Source of the DNA: an uncultured Thermoleophilia bacterium
GTDB lineage: Bacteria; Actinomycetota; Thermoleophilia; UBA2241
Length of the DNA: 64,000 nucleotides
Direction of reading: 5' to 3'
Assembly: GCA_963702475.1 (NCBI GenBank)
Contig: CAVPCT010000004.1
Coordinates: 128,001-192,000, forward strand
The notes below the pieces were generated by a model that was not told the DNA's origin, did not search any database, and was given only the letters and a program-made list of their open reading frames with translations. Positions 43,299-53,432 of the stretch are shown one piece after another. A program made the translations under genes and the position numbers. Each line of letters begins with the position of its first letter. The first letter of the stretch is position 1.

Positions 43299-44936
43299 GT
43301 GGACGAGCAGGCGGTACACGAACAGCTGGCGGCGGCCGGACTCACCGTGGGCCCGATCCACCGCAACCTGCCGGCGCCGGAGCTGACGGCCCGCTCCCTC
43401 GCCCGTCAGGAGGGCATCCTCGCCGCCAACGGCGCGCTCGTCGTCAAGACGGGCGAGCGCACGGGCCGCTCGCCGGCCGACCGCTACATCGTCGACGAGC
43501 CCGAGGCCTCCGGCGTGGCGTGGGGCGGCCCCAACCAGCCGTGCTCGCCGGAGTACTTCGAGCGCCAGCTCGCACGCGTGAGCGAGCACCTGCGCCGCCG
43601 CGAGATCTACGTGTTCGACGGCTACGTAGGCGCCGAGCCCACGTACCGCGTGCCCATACGCGTCGTTGCCCGCGCGACCTGGCACGCGCTGTTCGCGCAC
43701 ACCCTGTTCGTGCGGCCGCAGCCCGTCGACCTCGAAGGCTTCGCGCCCGGCTTCACGCTCGTGCAGTGCGGCGAGCTGCCGGCGGACGAGGCGCCGGCGG
43801 TGGCGGCCGCAGGCCGCCGGGCCGGCGCCTGGACCGAGGCGCACGACGAGCCGCGCTCGCGGGTCTTCGTCGGCATCTCGTTCCAGCGCCGCATCGTCCT
43901 CATCCTCGGCACGCTGTACGGCGGCGAGATGAAGAAGGCGCTGTTCACCGTCATGAACTACCTGCTGACGGAGCGCGGCGTGCTGCCCATGCACTGCTCG
44001 GCGACCACCGGACGCAAGGGTGACGTCGCCCTGTACTTCGGCCTCTCCGGCACCGGCAAGACGACGCTGTCGGCCGACCCTTCTCGCCGCCTCATCGGCG
44101 ACGACGAGCACGGCTGGAGCGACCACGGCGTGTTCAACTTCGAGGGCGGCTGTTACGCCAAGGTCATCCGCCTCTCGGCGCGCGCCGAGCCGCAGATCTT
44201 CCAGGCCATCCGCTTCGGCTCGGTCCTCGAGAACGTGGTCGTGGATCCCATGACGCGGGCGATCCACTGGGACGACGACTCCATCACCGAGAACACCCGC
44301 GCCACGTATCCCGTCACCCACATCCCGGGCGCCGTGGAGACTGGTGAGGGCGGTGCGCCGCGCAACGTCTTCTTCCTCGCCTGCGACGCCTACGGGGTGC
44401 TGCCGCCGATCAGCCGGCTCACGCCCGAGATGGGCAGCTACCACTTCCTCTCCGGGTTCACGGCCAAGGTGGCCGGCACCGAGGAGGGCGTCGTCGAGCC
44501 CGAGCCGACCTTCTCCGCCTGCTTCGGTGCGCCGTTCATGCCGCGCGACCCGGTCGTGTACGCCGACATGCTGGCCGCGCGCCTCGCGAACGGCCCCGCC
44601 CACTGCTGGCTGGTGAACACCGGCTGGTCGGGCGGTCCGCACGGCGTCGGTAAGCGCATGCGCATCTCGCTGACGAGGAACCTGCTGAAGGCGGCGCTCG
44701 AGGGCGCGCTGGACGACGTCCCCTGTGCGCCCCACCCCGTCTTCGGCGTGCTGGTGCCGAAGCACTGCCCCAAGGTGCCGTCGCGCCTGCTCGACCCTCG
44801 CTCCACCTGGCCGGATCCGGCGGAGTACGACGCTCGCGCCGCCGCGCTGGCGCAGCGCTTCGCGGCCAACTTCGAGAGGTTCAGCAACCGGGTCCCCGCC
44901 GCCGTCGCGGCCGCTGGACCGCGCACGGAACTCTGA
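43299..44936 (+). CDS. pckA: Phosphoenolpyruvate carboxykinase (ATP)
   Basis: TGRSP, YGGEMKK, MHCSA, FGLSGTGKTTLSAD, LIGDDEHGW, FNFEGGCYAK, NTGWSGG. Confidence 0.95.
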   Translation: MDEQAVHEQLAAAGLTVGPIHRNLPAPELTARSLARQEGILAANGALVVKTGERTGRSPADRYIVDEPEASGVAWGGPNQPCSPEYFERQLARVSEHLRRREIYVFDGYVGAEPTYRVPIRVVARATWHALFAHTLFVRPQPVDLEGFAPGFTLVQCGELPADEAPAVAAAGRRAGAWTEAHDEPRSRVFVGISFQRRIVLILGTLYGGEMKKALFTVMNYLLTERGVLPMHCSATTGRKGDVALYFGLSGTGKTTLSADPSRRLIGDDEHGWSDHGVFNFEGGCYAKVIRLSARAEPQIFQAIRFGSVLENVVVDPMTRAIHWDDDSITENTRATYPVTHIPGAVETGEGGAPRNVFFLACDAYGVLPPISRLTPEMGSYHFLSGFTAKVAGTEEGVVEPEPTFSACFGAPFMPRDPVVYADMLAARLANGPAHCWLVNTGWSGGPHGVGKRMRISLTRNLLKAALEGALDDVPCAPHPVFGVLVPKHCPKVPSRLLDPRSTWPDPAEYDARAAALAQRFAANFERFSNRVPAAVAAAGPRTEL

Positions 44937-44996
44937 TATTGCGCCGGACGCAGACAGCGCCGGCCCCACAGGACCCGACCTCCGAGGAGGAGCACC

Positions 44997-46037
44997 GTGA
45001 CCAACCGCCCGCCTGAGCCGCTGCCGCAGGTGGCCGCGCTCAAGCCCTACGTCCCCGGCACTCCGTCGCCCAGCGAGGCCGGCAGCCTGGCCTCCAACGA
45101 GTCGCCCTACGGCGCGTCACCGAAGGTCGCGGAGGCCCTCGCCGCGAGTGCGGCGCGCATCCACCGCTATCCTGACCCACTCGCCTCCGGGGTGAGCGCC
45201 GGCCTCGCGCGTCTGTACGGTGTGGACCCCGACTGCGTGCTCGTCGGCAACGGCTCCGACGAGGTCATCTACCTGCTGGCCATGGCGTACACGGCGGGCG
45301 GGCGCGCGGTGTGCGCGGACCCGCCGTACCGGCTCGACGAGATCGTGCCGCAGATCGTGGGCGCGTCGGTGGTCAAGGTCCCGCTCAGGGACTGGACCCA
45401 CGACCTCGACGCCATGGCCGAGGTGGACGCCGACATCGCCTTCGTCGTGAACCCGCACAACCCGACAGGGACCACGGTCTCGCGCGAGGCGATCCACGCG
45501 TTCGCGGAGACGAGCAGGGCCCGCCTCATCGTGGTCGACGAGGCCTACGTGGAGTTCGCCGACGACCCCGAGGCGGTGACCATGATCCGCGAGACCGGCG
45601 GCAACGTCGCCGTCATGCGCACCTTCTCCAAGGCCTACGGCCTGGCCGGCGCGCGCGTCGGCTACCTGGTCGCCGACCCGGAGGTCATCGACGTGCTGCG
45701 ACGCATCCGGCCGCCGTTCTCGGTGACGAGCCCCACGCAGGCGGCGGCGCTGGCGGCGCTCGAGGACACGGCGCATCTCGAGTGGGTGCGGGAGCAGACG
45801 CGCCGCGGCCGCGAGCGCCTCACGGCGGTCTTCGGGGCCGCCGGCTACGAAGTCGTGCCGTCGCAGGCCAACTTCGTGCTGGTGGTGGCGCCGGACGCCG
45901 AGGAGCTCCAGGCTCGCCTGGAGCGGGGCGGCGTCTCCGTGCGCCTCGGCGCCAACCTCGACCTGCCCGGCACCGTGCGCGTCACGGTGGCGTCGGACGA
46001 GGGCTTCGAGCTGCTGGAGCGGGCCCTCACCGGCTGA
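44997..46037 (+). CDS. Histidinol-phosphate/aromatic aminotransferase (HisC/Pat-like, PLP class I/II)
   Basis: LASNESPYG, GNGSDE, NPHNPTG, DEAY, RTFSKAYGLAGARVGY. Confidence 0.88.
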   Translation: MTNRPPEPLPQVAALKPYVPGTPSPSEAGSLASNESPYGASPKVAEALAASAARIHRYPDPLASGVSAGLARLYGVDPDCVLVGNGSDEVIYLLAMAYTAGGRAVCADPPYRLDEIVPQIVGASVVKVPLRDWTHDLDAMAEVDADIAFVVNPHNPTGTTVSREAIHAFAETSRARLIVVDEAYVEFADDPEAVTMIRETGGNVAVMRTFSKAYGLAGARVGYLVADPEVIDVLRRIRPPFSVTSPTQAAALAALEDTAHLEWVREQTRRGRERLTAVFGAAGYEVVPSQANFVLVVAPDAEELQARLERGGVSVRLGANLDLPGTVRVTVASDEGFELLERALTG

Positions 46038-46165
46038 GTGTGCCTCACGCGGGCGAGGGCCTCGGGTCGAGCCCGAGCTGCTCGCTGCCGATCACGGCGA
46101 CGACCTTCGGGCGTGAGTCGGGAGCAGTCAGGTCGCTTCCTCCATGTGATGTGGGTGACGCGGCT

Positions 46166-47599
46166 TCAACGGCCGCCGGCACCGGCGCCGCGTGTGTACC
46201 GCTCGAACGCGGCGCGCGCCTCGCGGCGGGCGTCATCGGGGATGGGCGTCGGCACGTGCGCGGCGAGGACGGCCTCGGCGCGCTCCAGCGCGTCACTCAC
46301 CAGGGAGCGCCCCGCGTACGCGGATGCTGCCTCGCGCTGGAAGACGGATGCGCGCCAGACCTCACCGCGGCGCGAGTTCACGCGAGAGCTGCGCCGGGCG
46401 AGAAACTGACCGCCCGGGCCGACCGCGGCGATGTCCTCGATCAGCGTCGACGCGTCGTCCACGGTGTCGGGCAATTCGAGCAGACGCCTGACCGACCCGA
46501 TGAGGTCGGAGTCGAGGATGGTCTTGGCCGTGGACACCGCATCGTCGACGATCCCGGCGCCGACGAGCAGATCAGCGCCGCACAGCACGGAGGTCGCCGC
46601 CGTCAGCGTGCCCTCGGAGCCGGCTTGGAAGTTGGCGGCCTTGGCATCCGAACTCATGCCGGCGCTCATGCTCGGCAGTCCGTACCGCCGGGTCATGGCC
46701 AGGCTCGCCATGTCGATCAGCGCGACCTCGGGCGTACCGCTGAGATACCCGCCGGTGCGCAGATGCGAGGAGCCGCCGATGGCGACCACCATGAGAGGGC
46801 AGCCGGGCGCCGCCAGCTGGAAGATGGTGACGGCGGCGAGGAGTTCCGCCAGCGTGATGACGGCCGTGCCAAGCACGCTCATGGGAGCCGTGGTGCCCAG
46901 CAGCGGCAGGGGATGGATGAGGATCGGCACTCCGTGGCGCGCGAGCTCGATCGAGGCCTCGAGCTTGTCGCCCTCGAACCGCAGCGGCGACACGGGGCAG
47001 TGCAGCGAGGAGTAGATCGGCCGCTCATGCATCGGCGCCCCCGCGATCGCCTCCAGCATCTCCAGGAGAGGCGGCACCTGCTCCGGCGAGTGCGCCACGA
47101 CGCTCTGCACGTGCTTGGAGGTGGACTCCAGGGCGATGAGATCGGTCTCGAGGCCCACCGTCGGCGCATCGATCTCACCCAACGTCACCGACGTCCAGAT
47201 GAAGTCGAGGTCGTCAAGCGCGTCGAAGAGGCCGTAGAAGTAGGCGAGGTCGTCGCGCGTGGCGTCACGCACCTCGTCGGTCACGTCGTCCAGGACCGTC
47301 ATCACCATGCCGTCCGTGCAGCAGGCCAGCGGCGAGCCCGCGCCGACGAGCAGGTCGTGCGCCGGGTCGCGGGCCGCGAGCCGCACGCTCCCGGGAGCCT
47401 TCTCCAGACAGCTCTCGACCAGCTCTGGAGGCAGGGTCGCGGTGCGCCGCTCCCCATCGACGCGCGCCCCCGCGCCGGCGAGAAGCTCCAGGACGACCGT
47501 CGATTCCACGCCGATGCCCACGTGGTCGAGGACGTGCAGGACGCGCTGATGCAGCGCGTCCTTCTCGGCGGCAGACAGGCACTCGAACTTCAGGTGCAT
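46166..47599 (-). CDS. MttB-superfamily methyltransferase, non-Pyl
   Basis: CTDG, CPVSPLRF, GTTAPMS, SSDAKAANFQAG, VGPGGQFL. Confidence 0.88.
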   Translation of the reverse strand: MHLKFECLSAAEKDALHQRVLHVLDHVGIGVESTVVLELLAGAGARVDGERRTATLPPELVESCLEKAPGSVRLAARDPAHDLLVGAGSPLACCTDGMVMTVLDDVTDEVRDATRDDLAYFYGLFDALDDLDFIWTSVTLGEIDAPTVGLETDLIALESTSKHVQSVVAHSPEQVPPLLEMLEAIAGAPMHERPIYSSLHCPVSPLRFEGDKLEASIELARHGVPILIHPLPLLGTTAPMSVLGTAVITLAELLAAVTIFQLAAPGCPLMVVAIGGSSHLRTGGYLSGTPEVALIDMASLAMTRRYGLPSMSAGMSSDAKAANFQAGSEGTLTAATSVLCGADLLVGAGIVDDAVSTAKTILDSDLIGSVRRLLELPDTVDDASTLIEDIAAVGPGGQFLARRSSRVNSRRGEVWRASVFQREAASAYAGRSLVSDALERAEAVLAAHVPTPIPDDARREARAAFERYTRGAGAGGR

Positions 47600-47703
47600 G
47601 GAAGTCTCCGTTCTTCGGCGGCGGGTGCCGCCGCAGCGATGGCAGGACGCGTTCGACCGGCCGAGGCGTGCCGTCTCACATGGCCGATCTCGTCGGCAGT
47701 TTC

Positions 47704-47721
47704 GCTATCTGTACGTATAGC
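47704..47721. promoter_or_regulatory. Palindromic candidate TetR operator between divergent mttB and tetR
   Basis: GCTAT-CTGTACGT-ATAGC, in an AT-richer intergenic patch. Confidence 0.45.
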
Positions 47722-47767
47722 AAGCGAAACTGGTCTGCGTCAAACCCCGATGGTACGCTTCGGCGCG

Positions 47768-48447
47768 ATGGACCGATCGGAGCCGAGAGGCGAGCTCGGC
47801 GCGAGCGCTGAGCCACGACCGAACAAGCGCCAGTTGAGCGCCGCCGCGTCGAGGGACAGGCTCATCGAGGCGACCATCCTCTGCATGGCCAGCTACGGAC
47901 CCGCAGGCGTGTCCATCGAGAGGATCGCCGACGCCGCCGGGGTGTCCCGCGGCCTCGTCCGGCATCACTTCGACAGCAAGCGGCAACTCCTCATCGAGGC
48001 GTTCCAACGGCTGGCGGACGAGGAGCGGGCGACGTTCGCTGCGGGCCCCGAGAGCGGGTGACGACCCGATCGCGACGCTGCGCACCATCCTCGCGACGGA
48101 GTTCCGCAGAGAGCTGGCGGCGCCCGAGCGGTCTGATGCCTGGTTCGGGTTCTGGCAGGCGGCCCTCGGCGACCCGGACCTCAGAGGCGATCAACGAGCG
48201 CGTTTACGCCGAGGAGCGCGAGCGGTACGGCGAGCTCTTCCGCGAGGCGGCGCGGCGACAGGGCCTGGACATCGATGCCCGCAAGGCCGGGATCGGGCTC
48301 GTGGCCCTGGCCGACGGGGCCTGGATCGAATTGCGGATGGCGGCGGCGGACTTCAGTGTCGACGATGCGCTCGCGCTCTGTGACGACTACATCGACATGG
48401 TCCTGCAGCAGGGCCGAGCGGACCGGCAGCGTTCCGCCGGAAGATGA
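47768..48447 (+). CDS. TetR-family regulator with BetI-like C-terminus (frameshifts ~48050 and ~48180)
   Basis: LIEATI..SIERIADAAGVSRGLVRHHFDSK; then AWFGFWQAA and ALADGAWI in adjacent frames. Confidence 0.8.
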
Positions 48448-48539
48448 GCGAGGGCCGACGCCCGGCGCAAGGGCCACTGCCTCAGGGAGCACGACACGGC
48501 CCGCCGGAGCCGAGAGCACAATGACAGGAGACTGAGCCC

Positions 48540-49983
48540 GTGACGCGCACGCCCGACATCATCAGCTTCACGCCCCTGCTGCGCTCGACGGCCGACGACA
48601 CCGCGACCATCGAACGCCTTCAGGCGGCGACGCTCGACATCCTCGAGCGCATCGGCGTCTGCTTCCCATGCGAGTCGGCGCTCGAGGTCTTTCGCCGCCA
48701 CGGCGCCGATGTGGACGGCGACGGCGTCGTCAGGCTGACGCCCGACCTGGTCGAGCGCGCTCTGGCCACGGCGCCGCGCTCGTTCGTGCTCGGCGGTCGC
48801 GAGCCGCGCTTCGACCTCACCCTCGACGGCACGCGGACGTACCTCTCGACCGAGGGCGTGGGCACGCTGGTCCGCGACGCGGAGACCGGCGAGGACGCGC
48901 TCCTCGCGCAAGGCCGACGTCGAGCTCATGGCCCGCATCGTCGACGCCCTGCCGGCGATCTCGTTCTTCTGGCCGCCGGTGAGCGCCCAGGACCACGCCC
49001 GGACCGCGCCGCTGCACGAGTGCCACGCCGGGCTGAAGGGCACGCTCAAGCACGTGCGCGGCGCCACGACCGTGCACCCGCGCCTGGCGGAGCGCATCGT
49101 CGAGATGGCGACCGTGGTGGCCGGCTCCGAGGCGGCGCGGCGCGCGCGGCCGCCGATCTGCGGCAACATCTGCACCATCAGCCCCCTGTCGCAGGACCAC
49201 ACGGGCATCGAGGCGGCGCTCGTCTACGCGCGGGCCGGCATCCCCGTGAGCTTCATGCCCATGCCGACCATGGGCTCGACGGCGCCGGCTTCGCTGGCCG
49301 GGGCGATCGTCCAGGGAGAGGCCGAGGTCGTGAGCGCCATGGTGCTCATGCAGCTGGCCGCTCCGGGAGCCCCGGTCATCCACAGCAACATCGTCTCGGC
49401 GATGGACCCGCGCAGCGGCGGCTACATCGGAGACATCGAGGCGCCGGCCGAGCGTCTCATCACCCGGCTCGGTCACGCCTGGGGCGTGCCGCAGCTCTGC
49501 GGTCCCTCGGTGACAGGCGACGAGCCGGACATCGGCTGGGAGTTCGGGTCGCGAGCCGGCATCGGCGCAGCCTTGCTGTCGGGCACGGAGGCTGAGATCA
49601 GCGGTGACCTCGGCGGTCTGCTCGACGGCTACTCGGTGCTCGATCCGCCCTTCATCATCCTGCAGCACGAGCTGGTGATGACCGCCAGGCGCGCGCTGGC
49701 CGAGCTCCCGGCCGACGCCGATCTCGCGCTCGATGTGATCGCGGACATCGGGCCGCGCGGCCACTACCTCTCCCATCAGCATACGCGCGACCACGTGCGC
49801 GGGTTCCCGCTGCCGATGCGGCACCGGGGGGTGGGGTACGGATCCGCCGAGGACGCGGCACGGGCGGAGTTCGCGCGCCTGGAGCGCGAGCACGAACCCG
49901 AGCCGCTGCCCGTCGATGTCCTCGCCGAGCTCGAGCGCATCCTCGCCGAGGCAGACCGCGACGCCGAGCAGCTGGCGGGCTGA
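48540..49983 (+). CDS. MttB-superfamily methyltransferase, non-Pyl (frameshift ~48900)
   Basis: LQAATLDILERIGV, LSTEG, CTISPL, MGSTAPASLAGAI, IGPRGHYL. Confidence 0.87.
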
Positions 49984-49999
49984 CGACGGTCCGAGGCGC

Positions 50000-51418
50000 T
50001 CAGTCCCCGACCGTGAGCCGCCGGAAATCGGAGATCACCTGGTCGATGTGGCGCTCGACGTCGTCCGGCAGCGGCTGCACCCGATGGGTCGCCAGCAGCT
50101 CGCGCGCCCGCTCCAGCGCGTCCTGGATCAGCGTCCGGCCGCGCGACGCCTCGTACGTGCCGCGACGCATGATGCTCGGCTGCCAGACGTCGCGTGCTTG
50201 CTCCCGCGTGCTGCGCCGGCCCATGTAGTGTCCACCCGGGCCCACCGCGCGGATGTCGTCGACGAGGCAGCTGGCTGCGTCGAACTGCGCCCCCTGCATC
50301 TCCCGCTTCACCATGCCGGCGGCGTCGTTGTGCAGGACGATCGTGGCCAGGCTCGTGGCTTGCGCGCCGTCGAAGCAGCCCAGGCCGACGAGCGAGTCGG
50401 CGCCCACCAGCAGGTCGAGGATGCCCCCTCCTTCGACGCCGTCCTGGAAGTCCGGGGCCTTGCCGTCGCCGCCGAAGCCCCCTCCCTGGGTGGGCAGGCC
50501 GTAGACCTGCTTGGACATCTCGATGCAGGCCAGCGTCGCGGCTCCGCCCTCGGGCGAGCCGCACACGTAGAGCCCGCTGTGCAGGTCGGCGGACGCCGGC
50601 TCCGGCGAGGCGATCAGCGGGCAGCCGGGCGCCGCGAGCTGGAAGAGCACGACCGCCGAGAGCATCTCGGCCATGCAGATCACGGTGACTCCCGCCACCG
50701 AGATCGGCGCCGTGGTACCCATCAGCGGCATCGGCATGATGGCGATCGGCACGCCGGCGCGCGCCAGGGCGATGCTCGCCTCGGTCATGGCGCCGTCGTG
50801 GGCGAGCGGGGCGACCGTGCAGTTGATGGTCGAGAAGACCGGCCGCTCGGCCGGCGGCGCGCCGGCGACGGCGCTCATGATCTCGATCAGGGGCGCCACG
50901 TACTCGGGTCCGCGCACCTCATCCTGCACGTGCTTGGCGCACGAGCGGAACGAGATCGCCTCGATCTCGAGGTTGGCCGTCAGCGGGTCGAGGTCGCGCG
51001 CCGAGATCGTCGGCCACACGTAGTCGCAGTCGGGCAGAGCGTCGAACAGGCGCATGATGGTGCGCAGGTAGTCGGCGCTCCCCTCGTGCCGCTCGCCCGT
51101 CTCGTCGTCCACGACGTACGTCGCAGTGCCGTCGCTCGTGAAGCTCACGCTGCCGTCCCCTAGCCACACGTCGTTGGCCGGCTCGCGGGCGGCGAGCAGT
51201 AGCTTGCGCGGCGCCGTCTCCAGACACCGCATCACGAGCTCGCGCGGCAGCCGCGCCGTGAGGCGCTGGCGATCGAGGATCGCCTCTGTCCCCTCGAGCA
51301 CATCCATGGCCATCGGTGTGTTGAAGGCGACGCCCACCTCCTCCAGCACGGTGAGCGTCTGGTCGTGCAGCGTGGCGCGCTCCTCGTCGGACAGAAGGTG
51401 TAGCAGTGGCCGGGTCAT
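50000..51418 (-). CDS. MttB-superfamily methyltransferase, non-Pyl
   Basis: LHDQTLTVLEEVGV, TSDG, CTVAPL, MGTTAPISVAG, DGKAPDFQ, VGPGGHYM. Confidence 0.88.
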   Translation of the reverse strand: MTRPLLHLLSDEERATLHDQTLTVLEEVGVAFNTPMAMDVLEGTEAILDRQRLTARLPRELVMRCLETAPRKLLLAAREPANDVWLGDGSVSFTSDGTATYVVDDETGERHEGSADYLRTIMRLFDALPDCDYVWPTISARDLDPLTANLEIEAISFRSCAKHVQDEVRGPEYVAPLIEIMSAVAGAPPAERPVFSTINCTVAPLAHDGAMTEASIALARAGVPIAIMPMPLMGTTAPISVAGVTVICMAEMLSAVVLFQLAAPGCPLIASPEPASADLHSGLYVCGSPEGGAATLACIEMSKQVYGLPTQGGGFGGDGKAPDFQDGVEGGGILDLLVGADSLVGLGCFDGAQATSLATIVLHNDAAGMVKREMQGAQFDAASCLVDDIRAVGPGGHYMGRRSTREQARDVWQPSIMRRGTYEASRGRTLIQDALERARELLATHRVQPLPDDVERHIDQVISDFRRLTVGD

Positions 51419-51468
51419 CTCGTCAGCTCCTTGTCGGTTCCGTCTTCATCCATGCGCTGGTACGGCGG

Positions 51469-52863
51469 TCACGAGCCGCGCTCCCTGTCGGCCTGCGCCA
51501 CCACCGCCCGCATCCGCTGCTTGACATCGGCGTCGATGGCCGGCGGCTCGTGAGTCTCGAGCAGCTCGCACGCCCGGCGACGGGCGCGCTCGTACATGTC
51601 GCTCGCGCCGTCCGCTGCCCACTCCTCGCGCACGCGGCGGTCCATGATCCGCGGCTGGCTCTGCTCGCGCATGTGAGCGTAGGTGCTCGGCAGGCTCAGG
51701 AAGTCGCCGAAGGGCCCCACGGCGGCGATGTCGGAGCCGCCGAGCGTGTCGCGGGTGACGGCGATGCCACCCAGGAAGTGGCGGATCATGGCGATCCACT
51801 CGTCGTCCATGACGAGTACGGCAGGATCGAAGGTGACACCCGATTCGGTCATCCCCGCTCCGTAGACGTCGCTGGCCCCTGCCAGCGCCACTGCCAGAGC
51901 GGTGAGGGTCTTCTCGTGACCCAGCTGGGCGTCGCCGAGCTTGGAGTCGCCCTACGCACCGGCGATGCAGCTCGGCAGGCGGTACTGCTTCGACAGCTGG
52001 GCCACGGCGGCGCCGATGAGAGCCAGCTCGGGTGAGCCCACCGAGGCGGCGGCGTAGCGCAGGTCCATGGACGTGGTCGAGGATCCGTAGATGACCGGCA
52101 CCCCGCGCTCGGTGAGTTGCGCCAGCGTGATGCCGGCAAGGACCTCGGCGTTGTTCATCACCAGCGTGCCGGCCAAAGTGACCGGCGCCGAGCCCCCCGC
52201 CATGGCCATCGAGAGGATGCAGTCCGAAAGGCCCAGCCGCGCGCACTCGACGATCACCTCGGTGACGTCGCGCGGCAGCGTCAGCGGGCTCACCGGGCAG
52301 GTCCCGAAGCTCACGACCTCGTCGTCGCGCAGAGCGTCGAGGCTGCCGACGATACAGGCTCCCAGCTCGGCGCAGACGCGCACCTCCCAGCCGCTGGTCG
52401 CCTCGGTGCCGACCTGCTTGGTCGTGCTCAGCAGGGCGGCCTCGCAGCCGTGCACGGCGGCCGTGGCGGCCGGCACGTCGGTCGGCCGGACGGCGGCGGC
52501 GTAGCTGTCGATGTTGACCAGGGCGTCGACGAGAAGGGCGGCGTCGGCGGCGTCGGCCTTGCGCGGTTCGCGGCGCTCGCCGCTGCGCGGGTCGACGTAC
52601 ATGACGCCCTCGTCGAAGTTGCTGAACGTCACCGGCTCGTCCTCGTCGGGGGGGCAGGCGGCGATCGCCGCCTCGACGACCTCGCCGGGGATCCGCACCA
52701 CTCCGGTCTCGCAATCGATGCTCGCGCCGCCGTCGGCGAAGATGTCGCGCGCCTCGTCGTCCTCGACGAAGACCCCGGTCTCTTCGAGCACCCGCAGCGT
52801 CTGCGAGTGGATGGCGTCGAGGTCGCCGGCGGAGAGGACCTCGAGCCGCAAGGCGGGGGTCAT
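51469..52863 (-). CDS. mttB: Pyrrolysine-type trimethylamine methyltransferase (in-frame TAG at 51952-51954)
   Basis: Two same-frame ORFs joined by a single TAG: LPSCIAGA*GDSKLGDAQLGHEKTLT..AGASDVYGAGM. This matches the Pyl context of methanogen MttB. Also SMAMAGGSAPVTLAGT and VGSPEL. Confidence 0.88.
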
Positions 52864-53168
52864 GACGACGCACCACCCTGGTCGCCGCGCAGCGACCGCA
52901 CCCGGCCGCGGAAACGCTCGACGCAGTTGATCGGCAGGTCGAGCAGCTCGGCGATGCTGAACTTGGCCTCCGTCGCCGTCGGCTCGCCGACGCACTCGTT
53001 CTCGAGCTCGGTGAGGCGGCCGATGCCGTTCATCCCCGAGGCCAGCATGTGCACCAGGTGCACACCCAGGGCGTCTCCGGAGCCCATCTACAAGCCAGCG
53101 TAGTCGACCAGGTCCTGCGTCTGGTGCTGGTGATCCTCATGCGATTCCTCCGCCGATTCGAGAGGCAT
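52860..53168 (-). pseudogene. mtbB: Miniature/remnant dimethylamine methyltransferase (MtbB-like) with in-frame TAG at 53088-53090
   Basis: ..YAGL*MGSGDALGVHLVHMLASGMNGI resembles the MtbB Pyl segment; AKFSIAELLDLPINCVERF resembles the MtbB C-terminus. Only ~100 codons; its TGA overlaps the mttB ATG. Confidence 0.65.
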
Positions 53169-53293
53169 GGGACAGCGGCAGACCTCGGACGAGGCCGCTG
53201 GTCCGCCCGGTGAATGTCAGATCCTCTGCCATCTGAACACCCCGGATGCGCCTTGACCGTGCGGCCGGCCGCGCTGTGCACAGCAGTTCGGCA

Positions 53294-53321
53294 ACCATAC
53301 GATGGGCTCCAGCCCTATCAA
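53294..53321 (-). promoter_or_regulatory. Sigma70-type promoter for the mtbB-remnant/mttB operon
   Basis: Minus strand TTGATA-N16-TATGGT. Confidence 0.55.
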
Positions 53322-53432
53322 CGGCAGACGCCCCCCGCCGGCGGCATCCGGAGCGCCCGGCATCTTCCGGTCCGCCTGCGGCCTCGACGAAGGACCCATC
53401 CCACGCGGATCCGCGGGAGCACGGGGCCCTGC

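Noticed and set aside
17503-48061. Very long alternative ORFs in the track (e.g. 17503..20106+, 37061..39487+, 45311..48061+)
   Set aside because: They are antisense or alternate-frame shadows of well-supported genes, expected at this GC content, and have no recognisable motifs.
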